NCBI GenBank assembly: GCA_029210695.1
Contig: JARGFH010000004.1
Coordinates: forward strand, 62,001-118,466
Length of the DNA: 56,466 nt
From: Acidimicrobiia bacterium
GTDB taxonomy: Bacteria; Actinomycetota; Acidimicrobiia; Spongiisociales; JAHEDJ01
Direction: 5' to 3'
A model generated the notes under the pieces. It was not told the DNA's origin and made no database searches. It saw only the letters and a list, made by a program, of their open reading frames with translations. Shown piece after piece: positions 17,660-27,752 of this stretch. A program made the position numbers and the translations under genes. The first letter of the stretch is position 1; every line of letters starts with the position of its first letter.

Positions 17660-19498
17660 ATGACACGACCGGAAGCGGCGCCGCCGGCCGATGGTTGGCG
17701 CTTCGGTAGGGTGACTTTGGTGGTCGCCGCCCTCCTGACTGCCGTCATGTTCGGCTGGCAGGCCTGGCACCTCTACGAGTCCTCTCAAGCGGTGGCCGAG
17801 CGTGATGCCGGTGAGTGTCCGACGCGGTCCGTGGAGGCTGCCTACAGCGCCGGCGAACGACTCGACTACCTCACGGAGGAGATCGAGCACAGTCTCTTCT
17901 TGTGGGGCCCGGAGGCTTCGGCCTCGCCTCTTCCGGAACTTGGGCTCCGCTACGACGCCACCGCGACGGAACTCAACACCGCACTCGAGCAGGCGATGCG
18001 CCTGTCCAAAGGCAAGGTGCTGCTGGCCGTGGAAGACCTGGAGGCGGCAACCGGACCTCTGAACGACCATGTGACCGAAGTCGTCCGTTTGGTTTCGGCA
18101 GGCCAACCGGAGTTGGCCGCCGCCCAAATCGCCGGAAGCCAGTTCAGCGGAGTGCGGGCCGACTACTCCGATGCCCTCGGCGAGATGTGGACTGCCAGCC
18201 GCCAGCATCTCGTCGAGCAACTCGAAAAGGAGCGCAGGAGTGAGTTACTGTCGGTCGGCATTTCCCTACTGCTCTTCGCACTCGCCGTCGGCGCCTGGGG
18301 CTTGTTCATTCGCCAGATCCGGAGGGGCCAGACTCGCCTGCAGGAAGAAGAACTCCAGCGGCACCGGGCGGAGGAGGAACTGCTCCAGGCGCAGAAGATG
18401 GACGCCCTGGGTCTGATGGCCGGAGGGATCGCCCACGACTTCAACAACCTGGTTACCGCCATCTGGGGATCCGCCACCTCTGCCAAGGAACACCTCGCAT
18501 CAGACCATCCCGCTCTCCCTGCTCTCGAGCGAATTGAAGATGCCTCTGAGCAGGCGAATGGAGTCGTACGGGCACTGCTGACGTTTGGTCGGCGGTCTGA
18601 ATCCAACAAAGCGCCTGTCGAGGTCGGCACCCTGATCGACTCGACCGCTCGCATTCTCGAACCGATGCTGCCTGCGTCGGTCGACCTCGAGATCGACCAT
18701 CCGGCCGATACCTTGTTGTGGGTCTCCGGCGACGGAACGCAGCTGCAACAGGCGCTCATGAACCTCGCCCTCAACGCCAACGAAGCTATGCCGGAGGGTG
18801 GAAGGTTGCTCGTCCGGAGCTGGCTCTGCACAACGGCCGTCGACGCCGAACCGAAAGTGATGGTAGAAGTCACGGACACCGGGGAGGGGATTCCGCCCGA
18901 CATCATCGGTCGAGTGTTCGAACCCTTCTTCACTACTCGCGCCCCCGGGCACGGTACCGGCCTCGGACTCTCGATCATGCACGGCATCGTCACCGATCAC
19001 GGTGGGAGCATCCGCGTCGATTCGATACCGGGGACGGGAACTTCGTTCATCATTAGCCTGCCGGCGATTGACGCGCCCGTCGAAGACGGAACGGCCCTCT
19101 CGCCCCCTTCGGTCGCTGTTCACGATCGCAACGAACTCGTTCTTCTGGTGGAAGATCACCAGCACGTGCGCGAGATCATCGCCGAGACCCTGGAGACCGC
19201 AGGATTCCAGGTGGTGCAAGCCGCGTCGGGTGACCAGTTCCTGACGGAGTATGAGCGCCATCGCCAGGCGGTGCGGCTGCTGATTGCCGACGTGGACATC
19301 CCTCCGCCTAGTGGAGTCGACTGCATCCGACGGTTGCGATCCGACGGCGTGCAGATCCCCGCCGTCGTGATCACCGGTACGTCGGCTCCCGGCCTGGAGG
19401 AGGAACTGCGGGGATCGGCCTTTGTGCTCCGAAAGCCGTTCACGATGGCCCGGCTGGCGGACGTCGCCTCGAGCCTGGTTGAGGGAGCGGCGGTGTGA
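17660..19498 (+). CDS. Hybrid sensor histidine kinase (2 TM, HisKA, HATPase, C-terminal receiver)
   Basis: GGIAHDFNN, NLALNA, DTGEG, FEPFFTT, GTGLGL and receiver LLVEDH...DV...KPF. Start uncertain (17609 or 17660). Confidence 0.92.
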   Translation: MTRPEAAPPADGWRFGRVTLVVAALLTAVMFGWQAWHLYESSQAVAERDAGECPTRSVEAAYSAGERLDYLTEEIEHSLFLWGPEASASPLPELGLRYDATATELNTALEQAMRLSKGKVLLAVEDLEAATGPLNDHVTEVVRLVSAGQPELAAAQIAGSQFSGVRADYSDALGEMWTASRQHLVEQLEKERRSELLSVGISLLLFALAVGAWGLFIRQIRRGQTRLQEEELQRHRAEEELLQAQKMDALGLMAGGIAHDFNNLVTAIWGSATSAKEHLASDHPALPALERIEDASEQANGVVRALLTFGRRSESNKAPVEVGTLIDSTARILEPMLPASVDLEIDHPADTLLWVSGDGTQLQQALMNLALNANEAMPEGGRLLVRSWLCTTAVDAEPKVMVEVTDTGEGIPPDIIGRVFEPFFTTRAPGHGTGLGLSIMHGIVTDHGGSIRVDSIPGTGTSFIISLPAIDAPVEDGTALSPPSVAVHDRNELVLLVEDHQHVREIIAETLETAGFQVVQAASGDQFLTEYERHRQAVRLLIADVDIPPPSGVDCIRRLRSDGVQIPAVVITGTSAPGLEEELRGSAFVLRKPFTMARLADVASSLVEGAAV

Positions 19499-20148
19499 TG
19501 ATGAGCGTGTCCGTCGTTCTCGCCGATGATCACGTGCTCGTGCGGGACATGTTGCGCGAGCGCCTCAGCCGCAAGGGCATGGAGATCGTGGGACTCGCCT
19601 CATCGGGCGACCATGCGGTTGAGTTGGCCGTTGCCTCCCAACCAGACGTGATGGTGCTCGACATCGACATGCCCGGCATGTCTGCGTTCGAGGCCGCCAG
19701 AGAGGTGCGCAAGGCGTCTCCGTCCACAAGGGTCATATTCCTGTCCGCATTCGTCCACGATCGGTACATCGATCAAGCCCTGAGTGTCGAAGCATCCGGA
19801 TACCTGACGAAATCGGAACCCCCCGAAGCCATAGTTGGAGCCATCCAGAGGGTGCATCGTGGTGCAACCAGCTTCTCGTTGGCCGTCCTCGACCGGATCG
19901 TCATCGACCCGTCTGGAGCCCGGCTCGACGATGGTTCCAGTGCCCGATCGACGACGCTCACCGACCGTGAGTGGGAAGTGCTCGGGTATGTGGCGGCGGG
20001 AATGTCCCAGAAACAGATCGCCCGGCTCGTCGGAATCAGCGTCAAGACGATTCAGCACCACATCATGCACGTGATGGACAAGCTCGACATCCACGACCGA
20101 GTTGAGCTGGCGAGGTTCGCCATCCGCGAGGGGCTGATCGAGGCCTGA
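19498..20148 (+). CDS. NarL/LuxR-family response regulator
   Basis: LADDH, LDIDMP, GYLTK and LTDREWEVL...KLDIHDRVELARFA. Confidence 0.95.
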   Translation: MMSVSVVLADDHVLVRDMLRERLSRKGMEIVGLASSGDHAVELAVASQPDVMVLDIDMPGMSAFEAAREVRKASPSTRVIFLSAFVHDRYIDQALSVEASGYLTKSEPPEAIVGAIQRVHRGATSFSLAVLDRIVIDPSGARLDDGSSARSTTLTDREWEVLGYVAAGMSQKQIARLVGISVKTIQHHIMHVMDKLDIHDRVELARFAIREGLIEA

Positions 20149-20161
20149 CGGGCCCACCCAC

Positions 20162-20218
20162 CCCCGTTCTGGCGTCAGAAAGCGCGCAGTTCTGGCGGGT
20201 TTCTGACGCAAGAACGGG
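20162..20218. repeat. Palindromic REP-like element, copy 2
   Basis: Near-identical to 8259-8314; lies between convergent genes. Confidence 0.8.
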
Positions 20219-20227
20219 TCTGAGGTG

Positions 20228-20344
20228 TCAGCGTTTCTCGGCCGGGGCCGGCTCCGGCTCCGGCTTCTCCAGCGGCACCTCCGGTTCGGTCGGCATTTCC
20301 AACGGCTCGACGAAGATGACTCGCTTGCGTTTGCCTATATCCAC
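20228..20344 (-). CDS. 38-aa Pro/Glu-rich micro-protein
   Basis: GTG start after a GAGAGGA RBS, overlapping the upstream stop: MDIGKRKRVIFVEPLEMPTEPEVPLEKPEPEPAPAEKR. Confidence 0.6.
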   Translation of the reverse strand: MDIGKRKRVIFVEPLEMPTEPEVPLEKPEPEPAPAEKR

Positions 20345-21123
20345 GGCATTCCTCTCTCTTTCGACAAATGGGCTGTGATGTGGTCCAGGACCGGCGTTCT
20401 GAGCGGCTCGGACCGGGCGCCGAGTGTTGCCAGGGGGTCCCCGAATGCCTCGGCGATCAACTCCCGGTCGGTCGTGTAAACCTCCCGGTCGTCCCCGATC
20501 AACGCCAGGGATACCACTTCTGCTTGTGCGGCCCTGTACCCGTCTTCGTGCTCGACGACCTTGCCCGTCATCGCCACCAATCCGGCCGCGTAGCAACGGT
20601 CGGACTCACGCACGTGAGGTTCGAGGAGTGATTCGAACTCCTTGGTCGCGTAGACGCCGCAGCCGAGACGCCCGCACCGCTCATCCGTGTGAGGGATCTC
20701 GTCGAGGTCGGGATAGGCCGCGCACGAAGCCACGAAGGACGAGGTTTCCCATACTTGGCGTGCCCCGACCAGTTTGTTGTCGTTGAGCATCCAGAGCCGG
20801 TAGCCGAGCACAGGGGTCGGTGACCATGCTTCCGGGAACGACCGCTCGTATTCGGCGATCTCTTCGCGGGCCAGAGCGGCTACCCCTTGGCCGAATCCGC
20901 GCAGCTCGGACTCGATCACCTCGGCCCTTCGTTCGAGTTCGGCGATCTCCTTACGGATTTCGGCGAGCATGAACCGGCGACGATTGGCGGCCAGCTCGAG
21001 CCGGCTGGCAGGTGACGTGAAGTGTGCTCGTCCGTACCTCACTCGCAGCGTACGGAGACGTTGCCGGACCTCGACCGGGATGCCGTCGGAGAGCTCCGAC
21101 GGGACCGATGGAGTTGTTGACAT
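20335..21123 (-). CDS. Hypothetical protein: coiled coil plus Cys/His-containing domain
   Basis: 262-aa ORF with GAGGGG RBS; motifs VLGYRLW, C..H..C...CGVYA and GKVVEHEDGYRA. Confidence 0.75.
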   Translation of the reverse strand: MSTTPSVPSELSDGIPVEVRQRLRTLRVRYGRAHFTSPASRLELAANRRRFMLAEIRKEIAELERRAEVIESELRGFGQGVAALAREEIAEYERSFPEAWSPTPVLGYRLWMLNDNKLVGARQVWETSSFVASCAAYPDLDEIPHTDERCGRLGCGVYATKEFESLLEPHVRESDRCYAAGLVAMTGKVVEHEDGYRAAQAEVVSLALIGDDREVYTTDRELIAEAFGDPLATLGARSEPLRTPVLDHITAHLSKERGMPWI

Positions 21124-21147
21124 ACCGACCCCTCGTTTCGGGGCGCG

Positions 21148-21177
21148 ACCTTACGTCAAGCGAACATACGTTCGCAA
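21148..21177 (-). promoter_or_regulatory. SigA-type promoter overlapped by a LexA (SOS) box
   Basis: Perfect CGAAC-ATAC-GTTCG at 21161-21174; -35 TTGCGA (21177-21172), 18-nt spacer, -10 TAAGGT (21153-21148). Confidence 0.8.
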
Positions 21178-21205
21178 CTGTCCCGCGTGGTCGTTTTTCG
21201 CGACC

Positions 21206-21697
21206 TCAGGGTTTGGCGGTCGCTTCGTGGTCGAGAAGCCATTGCTTCGTGGCGAGGCCGCCGGCGAAGCCGGTCAGGGCCCCGCCGGACGCCACCACCC
21301 GGTGACACGGCACCACAATCGAAATGGGGTTGCGACCGTTGGCGGCGCCTACGGCACGGACGGCATTGGGGCGTCCAATCAGTCGGGCTTGCTCGCCGTA
21401 GCTGACGGTGGATCCGTACGGGATCCCGGCGAGCGCTTGCCAGCAAGCCGTCTGGAACTCGGTTCCTTTTGCATCAAGGGGGAGATCAAACCCGGTGCGA
21501 GCCCCTTCGAAATACTCGGTGAGTTGTGCCACGGCTCTCATCACGATCGGATGGTCCACTCCCTCTGCGGTCGGTTCGTCGATGATCGTGTGCGATCGTT
21601 CGTCGTCCGGCCAGAGCACTGCACGGAGACCCCGGTCCGAGGCGATGATGCGAAGTGGTCCGACGGGACTCGTCATGGTCGTTTCATACAGCATCAC
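21206..21697 (-). CDS. ogt: Methylated-DNA--protein-cysteine methyltransferase
   Basis: GTEFQ, IPYG, RAVGAANGRNP and PCHRV. Confidence 0.95.
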   Translation of the reverse strand: MMLYETTMTSPVGPLRIIASDRGLRAVLWPDDERSHTIIDEPTAEGVDHPIVMRAVAQLTEYFEGARTGFDLPLDAKGTEFQTACWQALAGIPYGSTVSYGEQARLIGRPNAVRAVGAANGRNPISIVVPCHRVVASGGALTGFAGGLATKQWLLDHEATAKP

Positions 21698-23088
21698 AGC
21701 TCCTCATCGTGCAGGGATGTCCATAGGTACTGGGCGGCCAGTGCTCGATGCGGGCGCCAGCGGTCGGCATACGCCGCAACGACCCGACCGGGCGGGCGGT
21801 CTTCCCCGATGAGCCGGCCGACGGCGATCCGCAGACCGAGATCCGACGCCGGGAATGCGTCGGGATGCCGCAGCACCCGCAGCGCGATCAGCTGGGCCGA
21901 CCACGGTCCGATGCCGGGAACTGCCTGCAAAGGAGACGCAACGTCATCGAGAGAACCAGCCGCGTAGAGATCGATGGAACCGTCCGCGACGGCTGCTGCA
22001 AAACCCCGGACCATGGCGAGTCGAGTTTCCGGCATTCCGATACCGTCGAAGGATGCGCCGGCCAATGTATCCGCCGGGGGGAACTGGCGGGACAGCCCGA
22101 ACGGCTCGACATCGAACGACTCCCCATATCGGTCGACGATCCGGGCGGCCAGGGTCGTGGCGGCCGCTACGGACACCTGCTGGCCGAGCAGCACCCGGAC
22201 GGCGGTCTCGAACCGGTTCCAGGATCCGGGGACCCTGAGCCCCGGCCGACGGAGGATATGCGGCTGCAGCACGGGATCGGTCCGAAGTGCTTCAGCTGCC
22301 GGTGGGTCATCGAGGCCGAACAACTGTCGAACCCGCGCGACGTCGTCGACGATGGAAGCGAACGTCGGGAGGTGGGCAACGATCTCGAGGTGTCGGCCGT
22401 CTCCGTGGTCCCCGACCTCGATGACGCCCGGGTAGCCGCAGGTGGTGGTGAGGCGCCTGTATACGCCGCCGCTGATCTGCTCGACCCCGGGCATCGCCCG
22501 CCGCTCCAGGAAGTCGAGTGCAGTGTCCCATTCGATCAAACCCTCGTATGGAATTCGCAAGCGGAGACCCCCGTCGGTGACGAGCCTGTCGGCGGCGCGG
22601 CGCCGGGAGCGCAAGCCCGTCGGGGTGAATCGGAACACCTCCCTCATCACCCTGTTCATCTGGCGGGTGCTCGTGAACCCTGCCGCCCGGCTGATCGCCG
22701 AAACCGGGAGATCCGATTCGTCCAGCAGCCGCCTGGCGAAATGGGCCCGGCGGGAACGTGCAACGAAGCTCGGACTGGCCCCCACCGAGTCATTGAACAG
22801 ACGGCGCAGGTGCCGGGTCGAGTATCCGACCCGGGCGGCGAGTTCATCCTCGGTGTGGCGGTCGAGAAACCCCTCGCTGATCAGCAGAACGGCGTGCTCG
22901 ACGACAGGCGAACCGGCCGGGTTCAGGCGTTCGGGAACTCGCTCGGGGCGACAACGCAGGCAAGGACGGAACCCGGCGGCCTCGGCTGCGACGGCGTTCG
23001 CGAACGGTGCCACGTTCTTTGGGTGCGGCGTTGCCGCACATCCGGCGCGGCAGTAGATCCCTGTGGTGCGGACTGCTTGGAACTGCAT
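21694..23088 (-). CDS. alkA: AdaA-AlkA fusion (Ada Zn domain, AraC HTH, 3-methyladenine glycosylase II)
   Basis: TTGIYCRAGC...GFRPCLRCRP, AraC HTH, LGQQVS, PGIGPWSA and DAFPASDLG. Confidence 0.92.
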   Translation of the reverse strand: MQFQAVRTTGIYCRAGCAATPHPKNVAPFANAVAAEAAGFRPCLRCRPERVPERLNPAGSPVVEHAVLLISEGFLDRHTEDELAARVGYSTRHLRRLFNDSVGASPSFVARSRRAHFARRLLDESDLPVSAISRAAGFTSTRQMNRVMREVFRFTPTGLRSRRRAADRLVTDGGLRLRIPYEGLIEWDTALDFLERRAMPGVEQISGGVYRRLTTTCGYPGVIEVGDHGDGRHLEIVAHLPTFASIVDDVARVRQLFGLDDPPAAEALRTDPVLQPHILRRPGLRVPGSWNRFETAVRVLLGQQVSVAAATTLAARIVDRYGESFDVEPFGLSRQFPPADTLAGASFDGIGMPETRLAMVRGFAAAVADGSIDLYAAGSLDDVASPLQAVPGIGPWSAQLIALRVLRHPDAFPASDLGLRIAVGRLIGEDRPPGRVVAAYADRWRPHRALAAQYLWTSLHDEEL

Positions 23089-23167
23089 GACGTGATCATC
23101 GCCGATTGTATGCGACGTTTTCGGACAGAGCCGTCCTACCTCCGAAGCTGTCCGAATATGACCGGAC

Positions 23168-24358
23168 TCAGGTCGAAGCGGACGCCAGCCGGGGGGCGCC
23201 TATCGGGAGAGTGATGGTGAACGAGCTCATGCCGTTCACGTACCGGTACGTGAGATCGCCGTCCATCGCTCTGGCGAGGCGGCGGGAGATCGTGAGGCCG
23301 AGTCCGATCGACTCAGGATGCTGACTGCCGACGTCGGACCCCTGCCACTCGTCGAAAACCGCCTCTTGCTCGCTCGGAGGGATTCCCGGACCGTCGTCGC
23401 TCACCGTGATGATCGCGTTGTCTCCAATACGGGCGGCTCGGATCTCAACTCGTGGGCCGCCGTAGCGCTCTGCATTCGTGAGGAGATTGCGGAGGATCTG
23501 TCGAAAGCGGGTTGAGTCGGCATACGCGGAGAGGCCCGACCCGTCGACGACCGTAACCGGCTTCGACATTGCCGGCGTCAACATGGCCACGACCGTGGCG
23601 ATTTCCTCATCGAGCATTACCGTGGCTCGATTCAGCCGCAAGTGTTCGGTCGGCCGAACCGCTGTGAGGAGATCCTCGACCAGGGCGGTCGCTTCGGCGC
23701 TCTCGAGCACGAGCAAATCGATTAGTTCGGCGGTTTCAGATTCTGAGAGGCCCTGGTAGTTGTCCTTGAGGACGGTGGCCAGACCATGGAGACCGGTCAA
23801 TGGAGAGCGGAGTTCGTGGCTCACGCTGCTGATGATGCGGCTCCGCAACCTGTCCAACAGGTCGAGTCGACGGGTGAGCGCGATGACGAACACCAGGCTG
23901 GCGGCTCCGAACGCAGCAATCGAGACCGCGTTGGCGAAGAACGACGGAACTCCGCCGTCTCTCGACATCAACAGTCCGGCGACCGTCCACGCAGTCGAGT
24001 AGGCAACGATCGCCAGGGCCTGGGGGACCGTCGTGATGACCGTGGCGGCGATGATGATGAAGACGAGGGATGAGGCGATGAGTGCCGGCACCTGAAGAAT
24101 CATGCCGAGGACTCCGAGCATCGAGGTGAGGGCGATGAGCGAGATGACGGCTCTCGGGTGGGTCCGTTTGCGCTCGTAGACGTTGATCGCCAGATCGGCA
24201 CCGACGACGCCGAAGCAGATCCATCGCCCAGTCGTGGACCCCGCGAACGCGACGGCGAGAATCACAATCAGCGAAGCGAGGCCTACCCAGACGCGGATCG
24301 TCAGGTAGGTCGCGGTGAGTTGGAGGCGGTATTCAACCGCCACTTTCGGTGCTCCCAT
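23168..24358 (-). CDS. Orphan membrane sensor histidine kinase
   Basis: Multi-TM N-terminus; SHELRSPLT, NLLTNA, DDGPG and GLGL. Confidence 0.9.
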   Translation of the reverse strand: MGAPKVAVEYRLQLTATYLTIRVWVGLASLIVILAVAFAGSTTGRWICFGVVGADLAINVYERKRTHPRAVISLIALTSMLGVLGMILQVPALIASSLVFIIIAATVITTVPQALAIVAYSTAWTVAGLLMSRDGGVPSFFANAVSIAAFGAASLVFVIALTRRLDLLDRLRSRIISSVSHELRSPLTGLHGLATVLKDNYQGLSESETAELIDLLVLESAEATALVEDLLTAVRPTEHLRLNRATVMLDEEIATVVAMLTPAMSKPVTVVDGSGLSAYADSTRFRQILRNLLTNAERYGGPRVEIRAARIGDNAIITVSDDGPGIPPSEQEAVFDEWQGSDVGSQHPESIGLGLTISRRLARAMDGDLTYRYVNGMSSFTITLPIGAPRLASAST

Positions 24359-24660
24359 CCCGTTCCTCTATCCACCGAGTCAACCAGGAGTTCGCGTTTG
24401 CGAACGGTGAAGGGACGTCCTGCCGCAGGTAGTCCACACTTCGTTCGTGTTTACCTCGTGCGGCTCGTTCAGCGGAGACCCGATCCAGCTTCTAGTTGTT
24501 ACTGCAATCACTATATGCGCTTCGTGCATGGATTCCAATGGGCACAGGGAGAAACGTTCGAGGGAGGGCGGCCGCCATCTACGACGTTGGCCGTGTACGT
24601 TTGGGTGTAGAGAGTCCCGGTGGTCGCCCGCCACCGGATCCCAGCCCGGAAGGGGATGTC

Positions 24661-24906
24661 ATGATCGAGAAAGATGTCACCTGCGACCTTCATCTGAGCG
24701 AGGACGACAGCGATACGATCGCTTATGCCGTCCTCAACCTTCGCGGCGATCACTTCGAAGCTGTCGGCAAGGCCCGTCGAAATCCGACGGATCCACCCAT
24801 GCCCGTCATCGGTGAAGAGCTCGCCATCGCCCGTGCACTCCAGAAACTCACGGTTGAGGTGATGGAAGCCGCGCAATCGAAGGTTGAGCTGTTCCTAGTC
24901 GGCTAG
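24661..24906 (+). CDS. DUF1876 / dsRBD-fold protein (Rv2632c-like)
   Basis: GKARRNPTDPPMPVIGEELAIARAL. Confidence 0.8.
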   Translation: MIEKDVTCDLHLSEDDSDTIAYAVLNLRGDHFEAVGKARRNPTDPPMPVIGEELAIARALQKLTVEVMEAAQSKVELFLVG

Positions 24907-24951
24907 GTGAAAAGCGCGACCGCGGGAATCCGTGCGGCTGGTCGCGGAACG

Positions 24952-26001
24952 TCAGACTTCGGGCCGCCCGGCTGTTCGTAGCCTGTCGACGATCTTCTTG
25001 ACGTCCTGGGCGCGCTCTTTCGTCGCGACGAGCACTGCGTCGTCCGTCGCGATGACGATCGCGTCCTCGAGACCCATCACTACCACCAGGCGGTCCTTTC
25101 CCCGGACGATTGAACGCTTGACGCCCTCGAGTATCACGTCCCCGGACGCTGAGTTGCCGTCGGCATCCTTCTCGCTGAGTTCCCACAGGGCATCCCATGA
25201 TCCGACATCGCTCCAGCCGGCGTCCAGCGGCACGACGATGCCGTTGTCGGCGCGCTCCATGACGGCATAGTCGATGGAGTCGGACGGACAGGCGGCAAAC
25301 GCGTCGGGGTCGAGTCTGAGCACGTTCTCTTGCACGGCGGAGGCGTTGATCGTCGCTGCCAGCGCGTTCGCCATCTCCGGGGCATGCCGTTCGAGGGCTT
25401 CGAGGTAGGCATCGGCCCGGAACAGAAACATCCCGCTGTTCCACAGGTAGTCGCCTTGCTCGAGGTAGGTCTCGGCCGTTTCGGTGTCCGGCTTTTCCAC
25501 GAATCGGTCGATGTGAAAGGCCAGACCGACCTCCGAGCCCTTCCGGATGTATCCGTAGCCCGTCTCGGGACGATCGGGTACGACTCCGAACGTGACCAGA
25601 TGGCCGCTGGCTGCGAACTCTGCTGCGATGCCAATCGCCCGGAATAGGGCGGAGGTGTCGGCGATGATGTGGTCGGAAGGCAATACGAGGAGGATCGCTT
25701 CGCGGCCGGCGGCCAGGGCGGCTGCGGCGGCGGCCGGGGCGGTGTTCCGGCCGACCGGTTCGACGATGAAGCGCGGGGACACGCCGATCGGTGCAAGTTG
25801 GCCACCGATCTCTTGCACGTGCTGCTCGTTGCAGACGACGATCGGGTTGTCGACGTCCTCGAGTTCTGAAATACGCCGGGCGGTCGCCTGAATAAGGGTC
25901 TCGGTACCGGTGAGTGAGGCGAGTTGCTTCGGGGAGCGAAGCCGCGAGATGGGCCAAAGACGCGTTCCCGCTCCTCCGGACAGGATCACTGGAACGATCA
26001 T
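24952..26001 (-). CDS. manC: Mannose-1-phosphate guanylyltransferase (no C-terminal PMI cupin)
   Basis: LSGGAGTRLWPISR, EPVGRNTAPA, FVEKP, SIDYAVME and WSDVGSW. Confidence 0.92.
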   Translation of the reverse strand: MIVPVILSGGAGTRLWPISRLRSPKQLASLTGTETLIQATARRISELEDVDNPIVVCNEQHVQEIGGQLAPIGVSPRFIVEPVGRNTAPAAAAAALAAGREAILLVLPSDHIIADTSALFRAIGIAAEFAASGHLVTFGVVPDRPETGYGYIRKGSEVGLAFHIDRFVEKPDTETAETYLEQGDYLWNSGMFLFRADAYLEALERHAPEMANALAATINASAVQENVLRLDPDAFAACPSDSIDYAVMERADNGIVVPLDAGWSDVGSWDALWELSEKDADGNSASGDVILEGVKRSIVRGKDRLVVVMGLEDAIVIATDDAVLVATKERAQDVKKIVDRLRTAGRPEV

Positions 26002-26046
26002 CGGAACACCTTCATCTCGATTTCGATGCGAACGGTAGCGAACAGT

Positions 26047-26694
26047 TCAACTGATCCGCTCCGCGCTGCGGACACCATCCTCGTTCTCGAAGAGAGCAAT
26101 GAGGGCGTCGGCTCGCTTCGGATCGATATCGAGGGTGATGATGCCGCCGTCATCCTGACCCTTGTTGAAGGCGACGTTCTCGACGGTCGGGTCGATCTTG
26201 GTTGCCAGCTTCCACAGCTTCCCGAAATGAGTGGAGTCGGAGAGCCTGACCTCGATGGTCGCCTTGCCTGCGTCGAGACGGCGGTCCATCCACGAATCGA
26301 GCGTTCGCAACCCCAGGAGGACGAGCAGGACGATCGTGGCGGAGACGGTAGCCAGTGCCGTTAGCCCTGCCCCGGCGGCCATGCCGATGGCTGCGACCGC
26401 CCAGAGCCCTGCCGCCGTGGTGAGTCCCTTGACGGTCGCACCTTCCCGGAAGATCGCGCCGGCGCCGAGGAAGCCGATGCCGGTCACGATCTGAGCGGCC
26501 ACCCGGCCCGGATCACCGTCGCGACCGAAACCCTCGATGGAGAGCAGGGTGAAGAGGGCAGCACCGAGGCCGACCAGCATGTGGGTTCGAAAACCGGCTG
26601 CCTTGCGCATGACTTCCCGCTCGAGGCCGACCGCGCCGGCCAGCAGAGCGGCGAGTAGGAGGCGGAGGGCAGCGTCGGCGAGTGGGATGCCCAC
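26047..26694 (-). CDS. MgtC/SapB family membrane protein
   Basis: GLERE, AGFRTH, RVAAQIVTGIGFLGAG and GLTTAA. Confidence 0.92.
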   Translation of the reverse strand: MGIPLADAALRLLLAALLAGAVGLEREVMRKAAGFRTHMLVGLGAALFTLLSIEGFGRDGDPGRVAAQIVTGIGFLGAGAIFREGATVKGLTTAAGLWAVAAIGMAAGAGLTALATVSATIVLLVLLGLRTLDSWMDRRLDAGKATIEVRLSDSTHFGKLWKLATKIDPTVENVAFNKGQDDGGIITLDIDPKRADALIALFENEDGVRSAERIS

Positions 26695-26695
26695 G

Positions 26696-27514
26696 CTATT
26701 CCCCCTTGAATTCCGGTGAGCGCTTCTCGAAGAATGCCGAGGTCGCCTCAATGATGTCGTGCGACTCGATGAAGGCCGAGTTGTAGAGGGCGATGTGATC
26801 GAGGGCCTCCTCGACCGTCATGTCGGCCTCTGCGGCGAGGACCCGCTTGGCCCCTTGTACGGCGAGTGGCGAGTTGGCCGCAATCTCAGCAGCCATCGTT
26901 CGGGCAGCTTCGACGGCTGCGTCCTGATCGGGGAATACGTCGTTGACCAGGCCGATCTCTTTGGCGCGAGCGGCATCGATGTCCTTGCCCGTGTAGAGCA
27001 ACTCAGCAACGTGGCCGGACCCGATGAGTCGGGGCAGCCGCTGAACCGTTCCGACGTCGGCCACCATGGCCATCTTCGTCTCCCGGATCGAGAACACGGA
27101 GTCCTCTGATGCGAGCCGGATGTCGCAGGCTGTGATCAGATCGATCCCGGCGCCCAGGCAGTAGCCGTGCACCGCGGCGATGACCGGCTTCGGGCACTGG
27201 GCGATGGACGTCATCGTCCACTGGAACCGCTTGACTTCCTCGTAGCGGGCGAGTTTCCGCGATGCATCCGAGCCTTGTCTCTGGCCGGCTACTTGAGCCA
27301 GGAGAGAGAGGTCGATTCCGACTGTGAACGCTTGGCCGCGGGCGGCGATGACGAGGGCTCTGACGTTCGGGTCGTTGGAGAGCTCCTCCATTGCCTTGGG
27401 GATGTCCTCCCAGAAAGGCAGATTCATTGCGTTGCGCTTGTCGGGCCGATCGAGCCAGAGGGTGGCGACGTGATCGTCGTATTCGATGGTGAGGACTTCG
27501 GATGTGAACGCCAT
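26696..27514 (-). CDS. Enoyl-CoA hydratase/isomerase (dienoyl-CoA isomerase-like)
   Basis: FTVGIDL, KPVIAAVHGYCLGAG and ADVGTVQRLP. Confidence 0.9.
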   Translation of the reverse strand: MAFTSEVLTIEYDDHVATLWLDRPDKRNAMNLPFWEDIPKAMEELSNDPNVRALVIAARGQAFTVGIDLSLLAQVAGQRQGSDASRKLARYEEVKRFQWTMTSIAQCPKPVIAAVHGYCLGAGIDLITACDIRLASEDSVFSIRETKMAMVADVGTVQRLPRLIGSGHVAELLYTGKDIDAARAKEIGLVNDVFPDQDAAVEAARTMAAEIAANSPLAVQGAKRVLAAEADMTVEEALDHIALYNSAFIESHDIIEATSAFFEKRSPEFKGE

Positions 27515-27752
27515 GCCGCGAAGCCTAGAGGCGCGGTGGTCGCGGTGACTAACCCGACCATGAGCGCGAAAGGTAGGTTCCATCGGCGCTGCGACCACTA
27601 ATAGCGTTCGCTAGTTTGGGGAGCGTGCCGGTCTAGTGCGTCGGCGAAGAAGAGTCGCGGAGGTTCCGTAAGGGGCGATCTCCAACAGTTATTCCTGTCC
27701 TAGCCCGTCGTCACGTTGTGGCTGGTCGAGGTTTCCAATATCGGAGGACGAA

